Origin: an uncultured Bacilli bacterium
GTDB lineage: Bacteria; Bacillota_I; Bacilli_A; RF39; UBA660
Assembly: GCA_910584085.1 (NCBI GenBank)
Contig: CAJTZY010000002.1
Location: 61,043-125,042, forward strand
DNA length: 64,000 nt
Reading direction: 5' to 3'
Shown: in pieces, positions 35,446 to 45,396 of the stretch
How the letters are laid out: each line of letters opens with the position of its first letter
Numbering within the stretch: position 1 is the first letter of the stretch
Notes under the pieces: generated by a model
What the model was told of the DNA's origin: nothing
Seen by the model: only the letters and a program-made list of their open reading frames with translations
Database searches by the model: none
Program-made: the position numbers and the translations under genes

Positions 35446-37524
35446 ATAAAAAAATATCCACACGTTGTACAGGACGAAATAAAAGATTGTGGAGTATCAT
35501 GCTTACAGATGATAATTAATTATTATGGTGGGTATGTAAGAAAAAATATTTTACTTGATATGACAAAAACAAGTAAAGATGGAACTACTGCATATCACTT
35601 AAAGGAAACCTTAATTAATTTGGGATTTGAAGCAAAAGGGATAAGTTGCAATTTAGAGGACATTAATCAGGAGAATATAGTTCTTCCTTGTATTGCAAAT
35701 GTTATAATAGATAACTCCTATAAACACTTTATAGTTATATATGAAATAAATTTTAGGAAAAAATATTTAATTATAGGAGATCCTGCAGATAAAATAAAGA
35801 AAATAACATATCAAGAATTCGACAAAATATTTAACAATGTATTAATTACTTGTTACCCTATAAAAACTTTGCCGGTGAGCAAAGATATTTCAATTATACA
35901 ATTCATGTTTCATTCATTAAATCCTTATAAAAAACTTCTATTAAACATCTTTGTTTTATCTATCTTTATAACCATCTTTTCTATACTTACAAGTTTTTAT
36001 ACAGAATATATGATTAATGGGATAAATACATATTCTAAAAATTATCTATTATTAATTTTTTGTATCTTCTTTTCTATATATGCCTTGAAACTTTTATCAG
36101 ATTACTTTAGAAATAAAACATTATCATATATCAATCAAAAACTCGATCTTGTACTTACTTTAGATATTTATAATAAAATTATAAAACTTCCTTATTGCTA
36201 TTACAAAAATAGGACAACCGGTGATGTATTATCTAGAATAAATGATTTAGATAATGTAAGAGAAATGATTAGTAAAGTATCTCTTTCGCTTTTTGTTGAT
36301 TTACCACTTACAATAATATCTTTAATAGTTTTATACTTAATAAATTCTACATTATTTATGATTGGACTAGCTATATTATTTCTATATTTTATAATAATTA
36401 TTTTATTTAGGGGATTATTTAATGATTATATTAAAAAAATACAGACTAAAAAAAGCGAATCTACATCATATATGATAGAGTCTATTAGTGGGTTTGAAAC
36501 AGTAAAAGGTATCCATTTAGAAAATAGTGTTATAGATAAGTTTGAGAAAAAATATGTTAAATTATTAAAAGATATTTTTAATTATCAAAATTTATATTTT
36601 CTTCAAAATTTATTTAAAGAAATAATAAATAATATTGGTTTTATTTTAATTACATTTGTTGGATGTGTTTTAGTTATTGAAGATAAAATTCAAGTTGGGA
36701 CATTATTTACATTTAACGCACTTCTTGTATATTTTTTAGAACCTATAAAAAATATTATTAATTTAGATAATACTATAAAAGAAGCAAAAAATTCCTTAAA
36801 AAGAGTTTTAGATATGGTTACTTATAATAAAGAAGATATCGGAGTAATTAGTGAATTTAAAAATGGGAATATTGACGTGAAAAATTTAGACTTTTCATTT
36901 AATGATAGAGATTATATTTTAAAAAATGTAAATTTATCTATTAATATGGGTTCAAGAGTTATGGTAGTTGGTAAAAGTGGAAGTGGTAAAAGTACATTAT
37001 TTAAAATTTTGATGAAGTACTATAATATTAAAAATAATAGTATATTTATTAATAATGTAGATATAAATGATTATGAAATGCGTGCTATAAAAGATAATAT
37101 TTTATATTTAAGTCAAAATGAGATTTTATTTAATGATACCTTATACAATAATTTAATTTTTGATAATAGTGATTGTTCTAAACTTAATATGGTTTCAGAT
37201 ATGTGTTGTTTGAGAGAAGTTATGGATAGTAATCTTGGATTTAATATGCTTATAGAAGAGAACGGATTTAACTTATCTGGTGGGGAAAAGCAGAGAATCG
37301 TACTTGCTAGAACATTACTTAAGCCTTTTGAAATTTTAATAATTGATGAGGGTCTTAGTCAGGTAGATGTTAGTTTAGAAAGAAAAATATTAAAAAATAT
37401 TTTTAAAAATTTTAGTGATAAAACTATAATTATGATTTCTCATAGGCTAGAAAATTTAGATTTGTTTGATAGTTTAGTTAGAATAGAGAATGGAGTTGTT
37501 AAAGATGTATGCAAAAATGGATAA
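35446..37524 (+). CDS. bacteriocin-type ABC exporter with an N-terminal C39 peptidase domain; start codon uncertain
   Basis: The frame is open from 35434. KYPHVVQDEIKDCGVSCLQMIINYYGG (C39 catalytic Cys region) lies upstream of the first ATG at 35509. TM domain; Walker A GKSGSGKST, LSGGEKQR, Walker B ILIIDE. The only in-frame candidate after the AAGGAGGTGA RBS is ATA at 35446. Confidence 0.75.
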   Translation: MKKYPHVVQDEIKDCGVSCLQMIINYYGGYVRKNILLDMTKTSKDGTTAYHLKETLINLGFEAKGISCNLEDINQENIVLPCIANVIIDNSYKHFIVIYEINFRKKYLIIGDPADKIKKITYQEFDKIFNNVLITCYPIKTLPVSKDISIIQFMFHSLNPYKKLLLNIFVLSIFITIFSILTSFYTEYMINGINTYSKNYLLLIFCIFFSIYALKLLSDYFRNKTLSYINQKLDLVLTLDIYNKIIKLPYCYYKNRTTGDVLSRINDLDNVREMISKVSLSLFVDLPLTIISLIVLYLINSTLFMIGLAILFLYFIIIILFRGLFNDYIKKIQTKKSESTSYMIESISGFETVKGIHLENSVIDKFEKKYVKLLKDIFNYQNLYFLQNLFKEIINNIGFILITFVGCVLVIEDKIQVGTLFTFNALLVYFLEPIKNIINLDNTIKEAKNSLKRVLDMVTYNKEDIGVISEFKNGNIDVKNLDFSFNDRDYILKNVNLSINMGSRVMVVGKSGSGKSTLFKILMKYYNIKNNSIFINNVDINDYEMRAIKDNILYLSQNEILFNDTLYNNLIFDNSDCSKLNMVSDMCCLREVMDSNLGFNMLIEENGFNLSGGEKQRIVLARTLLKPFEILIIDEGLSQVDVSLERKILKNIFKNFSDKTIIMISHRLENLDLFDSLVRIENGVVKDVCKNG

Positions 37525-37942
37525 TTTAGATATTTATAATAATTCGAGAGTAATATTAGAAAAAAATGCTCCTAAATCTATAGTGTCTTGGATTACAATT
37601 CTTTGTATACTATTAATATTATTAATTATTTTCTTTTCTATACCTTTTAATGTTTATAAAAGTTACGGAGGGTATATTAGTGTCTACAATCACAATTCCT
37701 ATTTAAATTTATTTATAACAAAAGGTGATTTTCCAATACATAAAAATAGTAAATTATATATAAAAAATGATAAATACAATTATGAGGTAATTGAAATAGA
37801 GGATGATAAAGTGATATTAAAGGTAAATTTGAAAGATGAAATAAATATTGATAACAATGTAGTACTGGTTAATATATTAAGTAATAGAACTACTGTATTT
37901 GAAATACTGAAAAATAAAATAAAGAAAGGACTAGATATATGA
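37508..37942 (+). CDS. short single-TM accessory protein (bacteriocin-secretion accessory / HlyD-like, truncated form)
   Basis: One N-terminal TM segment (IVSWITILCILLILLIIFF), about 145 aa. Overlaps the ABC gene end and the next ATG. Confidence 0.5.
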   Translation, partial: YAKMDNLDIYNNSRVILEKNAPKSIVSWITILCILLILLIIFFSIPFNVYKSYGGYISVYNHNSYLNLFITKGDFPIHKNSKLYIKNDKYNYEVIEIEDDKVILKVNLKDEINIDNNVVLVNILSNRTTVFEILKNKIKKGLDI

Positions 37943-38079
37943 AGAATTTAACAAATGACGAATTAAAAAATGTAGATGGAGGAGGATTTAAATTAGGAAT
38001 TGGGCTTGGAATCGCTGCAGGTGTAACATTTATAATAGGTTTTATAGATGGTTTAATTAGACCACTTAAGTGTAATTAG
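37939..38079 (+). CDS. double-glycine-leader bacteriocin peptide A (46 aa), not in the ORF track
   Basis: MKNLTNDELKNVDGG | GFKLGIGLGIAAGVTFIIGFIDGLIRPLKCN. The leader fits LxxxELxxVxGG and the core has GxxxG motifs (GIGLG, GIAAG). Its ATG overlaps the upstream stop (ATGA). Confidence 0.7.
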   Translation: MKNLTNDELKNVDGGGFKLGIGLGIAAGVTFIIGFIDGLIRPLKCN

Positions 38080-38087
38080 GAGGGCAT

Positions 38088-38258
38088 ATGAAAGAATTAG
38101 ATAGTAAAGAATTATTAAATATAGATGGAGGGGCCTCTTGGCTTACCGCATCATGGTTAAATGCAGCATCTAGAATTTTATCAACTATTATGGATTTAGG
38201 AAGAAGTTTAGGTACTGCTGTTAGAAGAACTATACATGGTTCAATTTGCCCAGTTTAA
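38088..38258 (+). CDS. double-glycine-leader bacteriocin peptide B (56 aa), not in the ORF track
   Basis: AGGAGGG RBS. MKELDSKELLNIDGG | ASWLTASWLNAASRILSTIMDLGRSLGTAVRRTIHGSICPV. Confidence 0.7.
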   Translation: MKELDSKELLNIDGGASWLTASWLNAASRILSTIMDLGRSLGTAVRRTIHGSICPV

Positions 38259-38406
38259 AAAATATATAATACCTATTATTTTAATAGTTACAATTCCTTT
38301 TTGGCTACCGCTTTTAAACTATATATTTGATTTTATAATTCAAGCAGGAAGAATTACAGGAACTTATGTAAGAGTTATTGGAAGTGGAACCACTTGTACA
38401 TTTTAG
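38236..38406 (+). CDS. 56-aa hydrophobic peptide, putative immunity protein
   Basis: MVQFAQFKKYIIPIILIVTIPFWLPLLNYIFDFIIQAGRITGTYVRVIGSGTTCTF in the +1 frame, overlapping the end of peptide B. Weak RBS. The terminator AGAGAGTTTCTCTCTCTTTTT follows at 38404-38430. Confidence 0.4.
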   Translation: MVQFAQFKKYIIPIILIVTIPFWLPLLNYIFDFIIQAGRITGTYVRVIGSGTTCTF

Positions 38407-38723
38407 AGAGTTTCTCTCTCTTTTTCTTTCTGAATATTAAAAAATTTTCTTGTGAACTAGAAAAAATAATTTAAATATTAAAGTGTAAGTAGGGTAGCGA
38501 CTATCCGAAATTGGTCTATGGAGAAGTAAAGGCTTCTGTGAAGTAGAAAAAGTTATGCAAGGTAAATTTTATTTGTTTCTATATTAAAAAAACTAATATA
38601 ATATATTAAAAACAATAAAAAATGTAATAAATTGTCTAAAAATGATTTAAAACAAAAAGTTTTTCTTGTATAATTTAGATTCTAGTGTTATAATACTGGT
38701 AGATTTGTGAAAGGAGGGATTAT

Positions 38724-38918
38724 ATGTCAAAGGTAGTAGTAAGAAATGGTAATGTTGATGGTGCGTTACGTACTATGAAACAAAAAAATGCAAGAGACGG
38801 CCTCCTAAAAAAAGTTAGAGAAAGACAAGAAGGTTATAAAAAACCGGGAGTTAAACGTAGAGAAAAAAGAGAAGAAGGCATCAAGAATACAAGAAAAAGA
38901 CAAAGAGATAATTATTAG
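38724..38918 (+). CDS. rpsU: 30S ribosomal protein S21
   Basis: Basic 64-aa protein matching the S21 pattern (ALRTMKQK...GVKRREKRE). Own promoter TTGTAT-17-TGtTATAAT at about 38666-38694. Confidence 0.85.
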   Translation: MSKVVVRNGNVDGALRTMKQKNARDGLLKKVRERQEGYKKPGVKRREKREEGIKNTRKRQRDNY

Positions 38919-38957
38919 GAGCTTAAATAAGCTCTTTAATTTTAGAAAGGGAATAAT

Positions 38958-39401
38958 ATGAAAAATAAATTATTAAGTGATTTAACTATAGCTATGAAAA
39001 GCCAAGATAAAGAAACATTAAGTGTTCTTAGAATGGTTAAAGGTGCGATTCAACTAGAGGAGATAAATAATAAACATGAGTTAACTGATGATGAATTCAT
39101 TGGAATAGTTAGCAAACAAATTAAAACTAGAAAAGAATCTATATCAGAATTTGAAAAAGCAAATCGTACTGATCTAATAGAACAAACAAGTAAAGAAATA
39201 GAAATTTTAAATAAGTATATGCCTGAACAATTAAGTGGTGAAGAAATATTAAAAATAATTGAAGAAGCATTTAATATAGTAAATCCTAAATCATCTTCTG
39301 ATATGGGTAAATTAATGGGATATGTAAATCCTTTAGTTAAAGGTAAGGCAGATATGAGTTTTGTAAGTAAGACAATTAAAGAAAGATTAGAAAGTTTATA
39401 G
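38958..39401 (+). CDS. yqeY: GatB/YqeY-domain protein
   Basis: 147 aa in the conserved position after rpsU; YqeY-like pattern. Confidence 0.75.
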   Translation: MKNKLLSDLTIAMKSQDKETLSVLRMVKGAIQLEEINNKHELTDDEFIGIVSKQIKTRKESISEFEKANRTDLIEQTSKEIEILNKYMPEQLSGEEILKIIEEAFNIVNPKSSSDMGKLMGYVNPLVKGKADMSFVSKTIKERLESL

Positions 39402-39491
39402 GAAAAATATTAATTTATTTTTTCTTTTTATTTATAAAAATCTATATTTATTTAACAATTTATGGTATTATAATTACATTGAGGTGATTAA

Positions 39492-40976
39492 ATGAGAACA
39501 CTTTCTGATCAAGAGTTAGTTAGAAGAGAAAAAGCAGAAAATATAAGGAATTTAGGAATAGATCCATTTGGACAGAAATTTGAGAGAAAAGATTATGCGC
39601 GTGATATAAAAGAAAAATATAAAGATATAAATCATGATGCATTTGAAACTATGGATGATACAGCAACAGTTGCAGGTAGAATTATGTTTATTAGAAAAAT
39701 GGGCAAGGCATCATTCTTTTCAATTCAAGATAAAACTGATAAAATACAAATATATATATCTATAAATGATATAGGAGAAGATGACTATTCATTATTTAAA
39801 ACAGCGGACATAGGTGACATAGTTGGAGTTTATGGAAAGATTATGAAAACTCAAACAGGTGAAGTAACTATTAAATGTTTAAAATATACTCATCTTGTTA
39901 AAGCACTTAGACCACTTCCAGAAAAGTTTCATGGACTTACAGATATAGAAGAAAGGTATAGAAGACGATATGTTGACTTAATTATGAATGAAGAATCTCG
40001 TAAAGTTGCATTTATGAGGCCTAAGATAATACGCGCAATTCAAAAATTTTTAGATAAAAAAGGTTTTGTTGAAGTAGAGACACCAATTTTAACAACACTT
40101 TTAACTGGTGCTAGTGCGAGACCATTTACAACACATCACAATACACAAGATCTTGATATGTATCTTCGTATCGCACTTGAACTTAATTTAAAAAGACTAC
40201 TTGTTGGTGGTATGGAAAAAGTTTATGAAATAGGTAGAACTTTTAGAAATGAAGGAATGGATCCACAACACAACCCAGAGTTTACAATGATGGAAGTGTA
40301 TGAAGCATATTCAGACTTAGATGGAATGATGGATTTAACTGAGGAAATGTATCAAACTATTGCTAGGGATGTATGTGGTAAGATGGTATTTAATTACTTA
40401 GGTCATGAGGTAAACTTAGATGGAAAATGGAAAAGAATTAGTATGGTTGATGCAATAAAAGAAAAAACTGGTATTGATTTTAATAAAGAAATGACAGTTG
40501 ATGAGGCACTTTCTTTAGCCTTAGAACATCAAATTGAAGTACAAGAGCATGAGCATACAGTTGGGCATATCATTAATTTATTCTTTGAAAAATATGTTGA
40601 AGAGACTTTAATAGAACCAACATTTCTTTATGGGCATCCAGTAGAAATTAGCCCTTTAACAAAGAGAAATCCAGAGGATCCAAGATTCGTAGATAGATTT
40701 GAATTATTTATATCAGGTCATGAGTGTGCAAATGCATATACAGAATTGAATGACCCAATAGATCAACTTAAAAGATTTGAGGAGCAATTAAAAGAAAAGG
40801 CTCTTGGAAACGATGAAGCAAACGATATAGATATGGATTTTATAGAATCACTTGAATATGGAATGCCTCCAGCAGGCGGTATAGGATATGGAATAGATAG
40901 ATTATGTATGTTATTTACGGAAAGTGAATCTATTCGTGATGTAATATTATTCCCTACAATGAAAGAGAGAAAATAA
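39492..40976 (+). CDS. lysS: lysine--tRNA ligase (class II)
   Basis: 494 aa with an OB-fold N-domain and class II motifs (FRNEG, GGIGYGIDRL). Confidence 0.9.
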   Translation: MRTLSDQELVRREKAENIRNLGIDPFGQKFERKDYARDIKEKYKDINHDAFETMDDTATVAGRIMFIRKMGKASFFSIQDKTDKIQIYISINDIGEDDYSLFKTADIGDIVGVYGKIMKTQTGEVTIKCLKYTHLVKALRPLPEKFHGLTDIEERYRRRYVDLIMNEESRKVAFMRPKIIRAIQKFLDKKGFVEVETPILTTLLTGASARPFTTHHNTQDLDMYLRIALELNLKRLLVGGMEKVYEIGRTFRNEGMDPQHNPEFTMMEVYEAYSDLDGMMDLTEEMYQTIARDVCGKMVFNYLGHEVNLDGKWKRISMVDAIKEKTGIDFNKEMTVDEALSLALEHQIEVQEHEHTVGHIINLFFEKYVEETLIEPTFLYGHPVEISPLTKRNPEDPRFVDRFELFISGHECANAYTELNDPIDQLKRFEEQLKEKALGNDEANDIDMDFIESLEYGMPPAGGIGYGIDRLCMLFTESESIRDVILFPTMKERK

Positions 40977-41510
40977 ATGAATTTATATGTTGTAAGACAT
41001 GGTGAAACTATTTGGAATAGGGAACGCAAAGTACAAGGTATAACAGATATTCCTCTTACTGATGAAGGTAGAGGTGAAGCAAAAGGGTTACAAAAATTAA
41101 TTAGTTCATTAAATATAGATATAGTAATATCGAGTCCTCTCGTGAGAGCACGTGAAACAGCTAAAATACTTGTTGATTCTAAAATTCCCATAAATGTAGA
41201 TGATAGAATAAAAGAAAGAGATTGGGGAATGAATGAGGGTGCAAATATAGATACTGTAGATAAATGGGATTGTTGGGATGTAATTTTAAATACTAAGGTC
41301 CAAAATATAGAGTGTATACAGGATTTTATGTATAGGGTATCTGATTTTATTGAAGATATCAAAATTAAATATAAAGATAAAAATGTACTTGTTGTAACTC
41401 ATAGTGCGGTTAGCCGTGTAATACATTATTTGCTAGGAAATATTCCTGAGGATGCAAATTTATCAAGAATAAATATTCCTAATTTAAGAATAATAGAATA
41501 TAAAATATAG
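40977..41510 (+). CDS. histidine phosphatase family protein (phosphoglycerate-mutase-like, CobC-type)
   Basis: LYVVRHGETIWN (RHG motif) and TH at position 132. Confidence 0.75.
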   Translation: MNLYVVRHGETIWNRERKVQGITDIPLTDEGRGEAKGLQKLISSLNIDIVISSPLVRARETAKILVDSKIPINVDDRIKERDWGMNEGANIDTVDKWDCWDVILNTKVQNIECIQDFMYRVSDFIEDIKIKYKDKNVLVVTHSAVSRVIHYLLGNIPEDANLSRINIPNLRIIEYKI

Positions 41511-41521
41511 AAGGAGAGTTT

Positions 41522-42721
41522 ATGAAAATATTATGTGTAAATGCAGGTAGTTCATCATTAAAATTTCAAGTTTACGAAATGCCTGAAGAAAAAGTTTTAA
41601 TTAGTGGATATATAGAAAAAATAGGACAAGAAGATTGCTTTTGGAATGTAAAGGTAAATGGAGAAAAAATAAAAAGTGAGAAATACTTAAAAAATCATGG
41701 AGAAGCAGCAGAGATTTTAATAGAAGAATTATTAAAAAATAATATAGTTGAAGATTTAGCTGAAATAAAAGCAGTAGGGCATAGAGTATTACATGGTGGT
41801 GAAAAATATTCCGATTCTGTATTAATTACAAATGAGGTAATTAAAGATATAGAAGATTTAACTAAATTAGGACCACTTCATCATCCAGGTAATTTAGCTG
41901 GTATAAGAGCTATGATGAAAGCATTTAAGGATGTACCACAAGTCGCTGTATTTGATACTGCCTTTCATCAGACAATGCCAAGTCAAAATTATATTTACCC
42001 AGTACCATATGAATGGTATAAAAAATATGGAGTTCGTAAATATGGATTTCATGGAACAAGTCATAAATATATAACTGCTGAAATGAAAAAAAGATTAAAT
42101 AAAGATGATGTTAATTTAATAATATGCCATGTTGGTAGCGGAGCTAGTATTGCTTGTATAAAGGATGGTAAGTGTTACGACACAACGATGGGACTTACGC
42201 CTTTGGATGGACTTATGATGGGAACTCGTTCAGGATCTATAGATCCATCAATAATTGAATACGTAATGCAAGAATCAGGAATGTCTATAAATGAAGTTAC
42301 AAACGAATTAAATAAAAAGAGTGGATTTTTTGGAATGTGTGGCTTTGCAGATTGTAGAGATGTTGAAAAACTTGCAAGTGAAGACAATGAAAATGCTACC
42401 CTTGCAATTGAAATGTATACAGATAGAATAGTTAAATATATAGCAAGTTATTATATGGAATTACAAGGTAAAGTGGATTCTATAGTATTTACTGCAGGAG
42501 TGCTTGAAAATGGATCTTATATGAGAAAATTAATTATTGATAAACTTGCTCCACTAGGTATTACTTTAAATGAAGAAATGAATGATAAAATAGCAAGTTT
42601 TAAAGAGATACATGAGGGAATCATAAGTGATCCATATTCAAAAATAAATGTTATGGTACTTCCAACAGATGAAGAAATTATGATTGTAAAAGATACATTT
42701 AATATAGCGATAAATAATTAA
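41522..42721 (+). CDS. ackA: acetate/propionate kinase family
   Basis: MKILCVNAGSSSLKFQVY. 399 aa, ASKHA fold. A terminator AAACCGGGTGACCGGTTTTT follows at 42728-42748. Confidence 0.8.
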   Translation: MKILCVNAGSSSLKFQVYEMPEEKVLISGYIEKIGQEDCFWNVKVNGEKIKSEKYLKNHGEAAEILIEELLKNNIVEDLAEIKAVGHRVLHGGEKYSDSVLITNEVIKDIEDLTKLGPLHHPGNLAGIRAMMKAFKDVPQVAVFDTAFHQTMPSQNYIYPVPYEWYKKYGVRKYGFHGTSHKYITAEMKKRLNKDDVNLIICHVGSGASIACIKDGKCYDTTMGLTPLDGLMMGTRSGSIDPSIIEYVMQESGMSINEVTNELNKKSGFFGMCGFADCRDVEKLASEDNENATLAIEMYTDRIVKYIASYYMELQGKVDSIVFTAGVLENGSYMRKLIIDKLAPLGITLNEEMNDKIASFKEIHEGIISDPYSKINVMVLPTDEEIMIVKDTFNIAINN

Positions 42722-42859
42722 TAGGACAAAACCGGGTGACCGGTTTTTATGTTTATGGTAAAAAATTTAGGTTCATAATTAGTAATTTTATAAATTGATT
42801 AATATTTGTAACACAACTATAAAAAAATAGTGTATAATTATATTGATAGTAGGTGAGTC

Positions 42860-43822
42860 ATGAAAATATATAATCAAATTTACAAGCAAATTAAAAAGTA
42901 CAATAAAATAGTAATTGCAAGGCATATTGGGCCAGATCCTGATGCTTTAGGAAGTACCTTAGGGTTAAAGGAAGCTATTTTAAATACATTTCCTAAAAAA
43001 CAAGTATATGTAGTGGGAGCTCCAGCTTCTAGGCATAAGTATTTAGGTGAATTAGATAGATTTACAGATGATATGTATGAAAATTCATTACTCATTGTGC
43101 TTGATACTCCAAATATTAAGAGAATCGATGGTGTAGATATAAGTAAATTTGAAGTAAGAATAAAAATAGATCACCATCCATTTATAGAAAAATTTGCAGA
43201 TATAGAATGGGTAGATGATACAGCTAGTAGTGCCTCACAATTAGTTATAGAATTAATTAAAAATACAAAACTTAAAGCAAATAAGTTATGTGCCGAGAAA
43301 CTTTATATAGGTATTATTGGAGATACCAATAGATTTTTACACAGTTATACAACACCTAAAACATTTGAACTTGTTGCCTACATTATAAAGAAAACTGGAA
43401 TTAATTTTACAGATCTTTATGAAAATATGTATTTAAGATCTATTCATGATTTAAAATTTCAATGTTATGTAATAAATAATTTAACAATTACAGATAACGG
43501 ATTTGGGTATATAAAATTAAATCAAGACATATTAGACGAGTTTGGAATAGACTCATCTACTGCTACTAATGTGGTAAATGAATTAACGTTTATAGAAGGG
43601 ATGTATTCATGGGCTATATTTGCCTATGATAAAATTAATAATAATATAAGGGGTTCTATAAGGTCTAGAGGACCAATTGTAAATACGATTGCTTCAAATT
43701 ATAATGGCGGTGGACATGCACTCGCATCAGGAGTTAGAGTAGAAAATTTTGATGTAATTGATAATTTAATAAATGACTTGGATAGTGTGTGCAAAAAATA
43801 TAAAAATGAAAATAATTTATAG
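42860..43822 (+). CDS. nrnA: DHH-family phosphoesterase, NrnA-like nanoRNase / pAp phosphatase
   Basis: DHH region and the DHHA1 GGGH motif (NYNGGGHALASG). Confidence 0.8.
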   Translation: MKIYNQIYKQIKKYNKIVIARHIGPDPDALGSTLGLKEAILNTFPKKQVYVVGAPASRHKYLGELDRFTDDMYENSLLIVLDTPNIKRIDGVDISKFEVRIKIDHHPFIEKFADIEWVDDTASSASQLVIELIKNTKLKANKLCAEKLYIGIIGDTNRFLHSYTTPKTFELVAYIIKKTGINFTDLYENMYLRSIHDLKFQCYVINNLTITDNGFGYIKLNQDILDEFGIDSSTATNVVNELTFIEGMYSWAIFAYDKINNNIRGSIRSRGPIVNTIASNYNGGGHALASGVRVENFDVIDNLINDLDSVCKKYKNENNL

Positions 43823-43830
43823 GTGATTAT

Positions 43831-45306
43831 ATGAATAAAAAGGGTTTTACTTTAATAGAACTATTAGGTGTTATTATAATACTTTCATTAATTATGATAT
43901 TTGCTGTTCCTAAAATTTCTGATTCAGTAAAAAATCAAACTCAAAAGACTGATAAATTAACCGAAGATATTATATATAAAGCTACAAATTTATATATTGA
44001 AGATAATAAAGATGAGTATAGAAATAAAAATGGTGCAATTTATTGTATTTCATTAAATGAGTTATCTAAACTAGAATATTTAAGCAATACAGTTAATAAT
44101 GATATTATAAACACAAAAACTGTTAAAGTTATTAGTAAGAAAAATTTTAACTATGAATTAGTAGATAATGATAAATGTGTAGAAAATTTTCCACCACTTG
44201 AACCTAATTTACATAATAATAGTTTAATTCCTGTAGTATATAAAAATGAAAATTGGGTGGTAGTTGATAAGACAGACAAAAGTTGGTATGACTATGAAAA
44301 TCAAGAATGGGCAAATGCTGTAATACTAAAAAGTGGAGTAAATAAAAATATTGGAGATACTATAGATGTATCAAATGAGGTCCAGGGAATGTTTGTATGG
44401 ATACCAAGATACGAATATAAAATAGAGGGTACTTATGGAACACACTTAGATGGTACAGTTGGAACGCAGTCACTTCCGGGAGAGATAAAGGTTAACTTTA
44501 TAGGTACATCTAAGACTCAATCAAGTGATGGTTACATAATTCATCCAGCATTTACATTTGGAGATGAAATACTATCTGGAATATGGGTAGGTAAATTTGA
44601 AACAACTGGAACGGCTGAAAGTCCAACAATACTTCCAAGTGTAACATCACTTAGAAATCAAAATATAAGTACGCAGTTTGCAACTGCACAAAAATTTAAT
44701 CAGTATCTGTCAAATGGAGATAGCCATATGTCTAAAAATAGTGAATGGGGAGCTGTTGCATACCTATCACAGAGTATTTATGGAAAATATGGTAATCCAA
44801 ATTATACTGGTGAAGAAAAGGAAGTAGCAATCAACAATTGTTCTAGTTATATAACAGGTGTCGGCGGAGACACTGTAAGTGCAGAAGCATCAGCAGATAC
44901 ATGTGGGACGAATACATATGAAACCGAAAAAGGACAATCAGCTAGTACAACTGGAAATATAACTGGTGTATATGATATGAGTGGGGGAGCTTATGAAAGG
45001 GTAATGGGAGTATATAATAGACTTTTAAAAGATAGTGGTTTTGTAGAACTTCCAGAACCAAAGTATTACAACAATTATTTAACAGATAATATACAAATAG
45101 CATGCGATGGGAAACCTTGTTATGGATGTGCTTTATCTGAAACAAGCAAATGGTATAATGATTATTCAACATTTTTAGTAACTAACTATCCATGGATTAA
45201 TAGAAGTGGATGCACAACAGATACTAAAAATGCTGGAATATTTATGTATCATTATAATAGCGGGGCAGGATATAATAGAGACTCATTCCGTATTGTAATT
45301 TCTTAA
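43831..45306 (+). CDS. type IV pilin-like protein with prepilin N-terminus and a large C-terminal domain
   Basis: MNKKG|FTLIELLGVIIILSLIMIF: cleavage after Gly, Glu at +5, hydrophobic helix. 491 aa. A terminator GAAACACTTATGTGTTTC follows at 45325-45345. Confidence 0.7.
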   Translation: MNKKGFTLIELLGVIIILSLIMIFAVPKISDSVKNQTQKTDKLTEDIIYKATNLYIEDNKDEYRNKNGAIYCISLNELSKLEYLSNTVNNDIINTKTVKVISKKNFNYELVDNDKCVENFPPLEPNLHNNSLIPVVYKNENWVVVDKTDKSWYDYENQEWANAVILKSGVNKNIGDTIDVSNEVQGMFVWIPRYEYKIEGTYGTHLDGTVGTQSLPGEIKVNFIGTSKTQSSDGYIIHPAFTFGDEILSGIWVGKFETTGTAESPTILPSVTSLRNQNISTQFATAQKFNQYLSNGDSHMSKNSEWGAVAYLSQSIYGKYGNPNYTGEEKEVAINNCSSYITGVGGDTVSAEASADTCGTNTYETEKGQSASTTGNITGVYDMSGGAYERVMGVYNRLLKDSGFVELPEPKYYNNYLTDNIQIACDGKPCYGCALSETSKWYNDYSTFLVTNYPWINRSGCTTDTKNAGIFMYHYNSGAGYNRDSFRIVIS

Positions 45307-45396
45307 GAATTTATTAAATTTGAAACACTTATGTGTTTCTTTTCTTTATTTATAGATTTAATAAAATAAATATGATAAAATATTAATGGTGATACG

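Noticed and set aside
38460-38540. Moderately GC-rich stretch (gtagggtagcgactatccgaaattggtctatggagaag...) considered as an ncRNA or tRNA
   Set aside because: No convincing stem-loop set, no tRNA motifs and no promoter/terminator pairing. Treated as ordinary intergenic DNA upstream of the rpsU promoter.
39402-39491. lysS leader considered for a T-box or lysine riboswitch
   Set aside because: Only about 90 nt, with no specifier/antiterminator or L-box elements visible.
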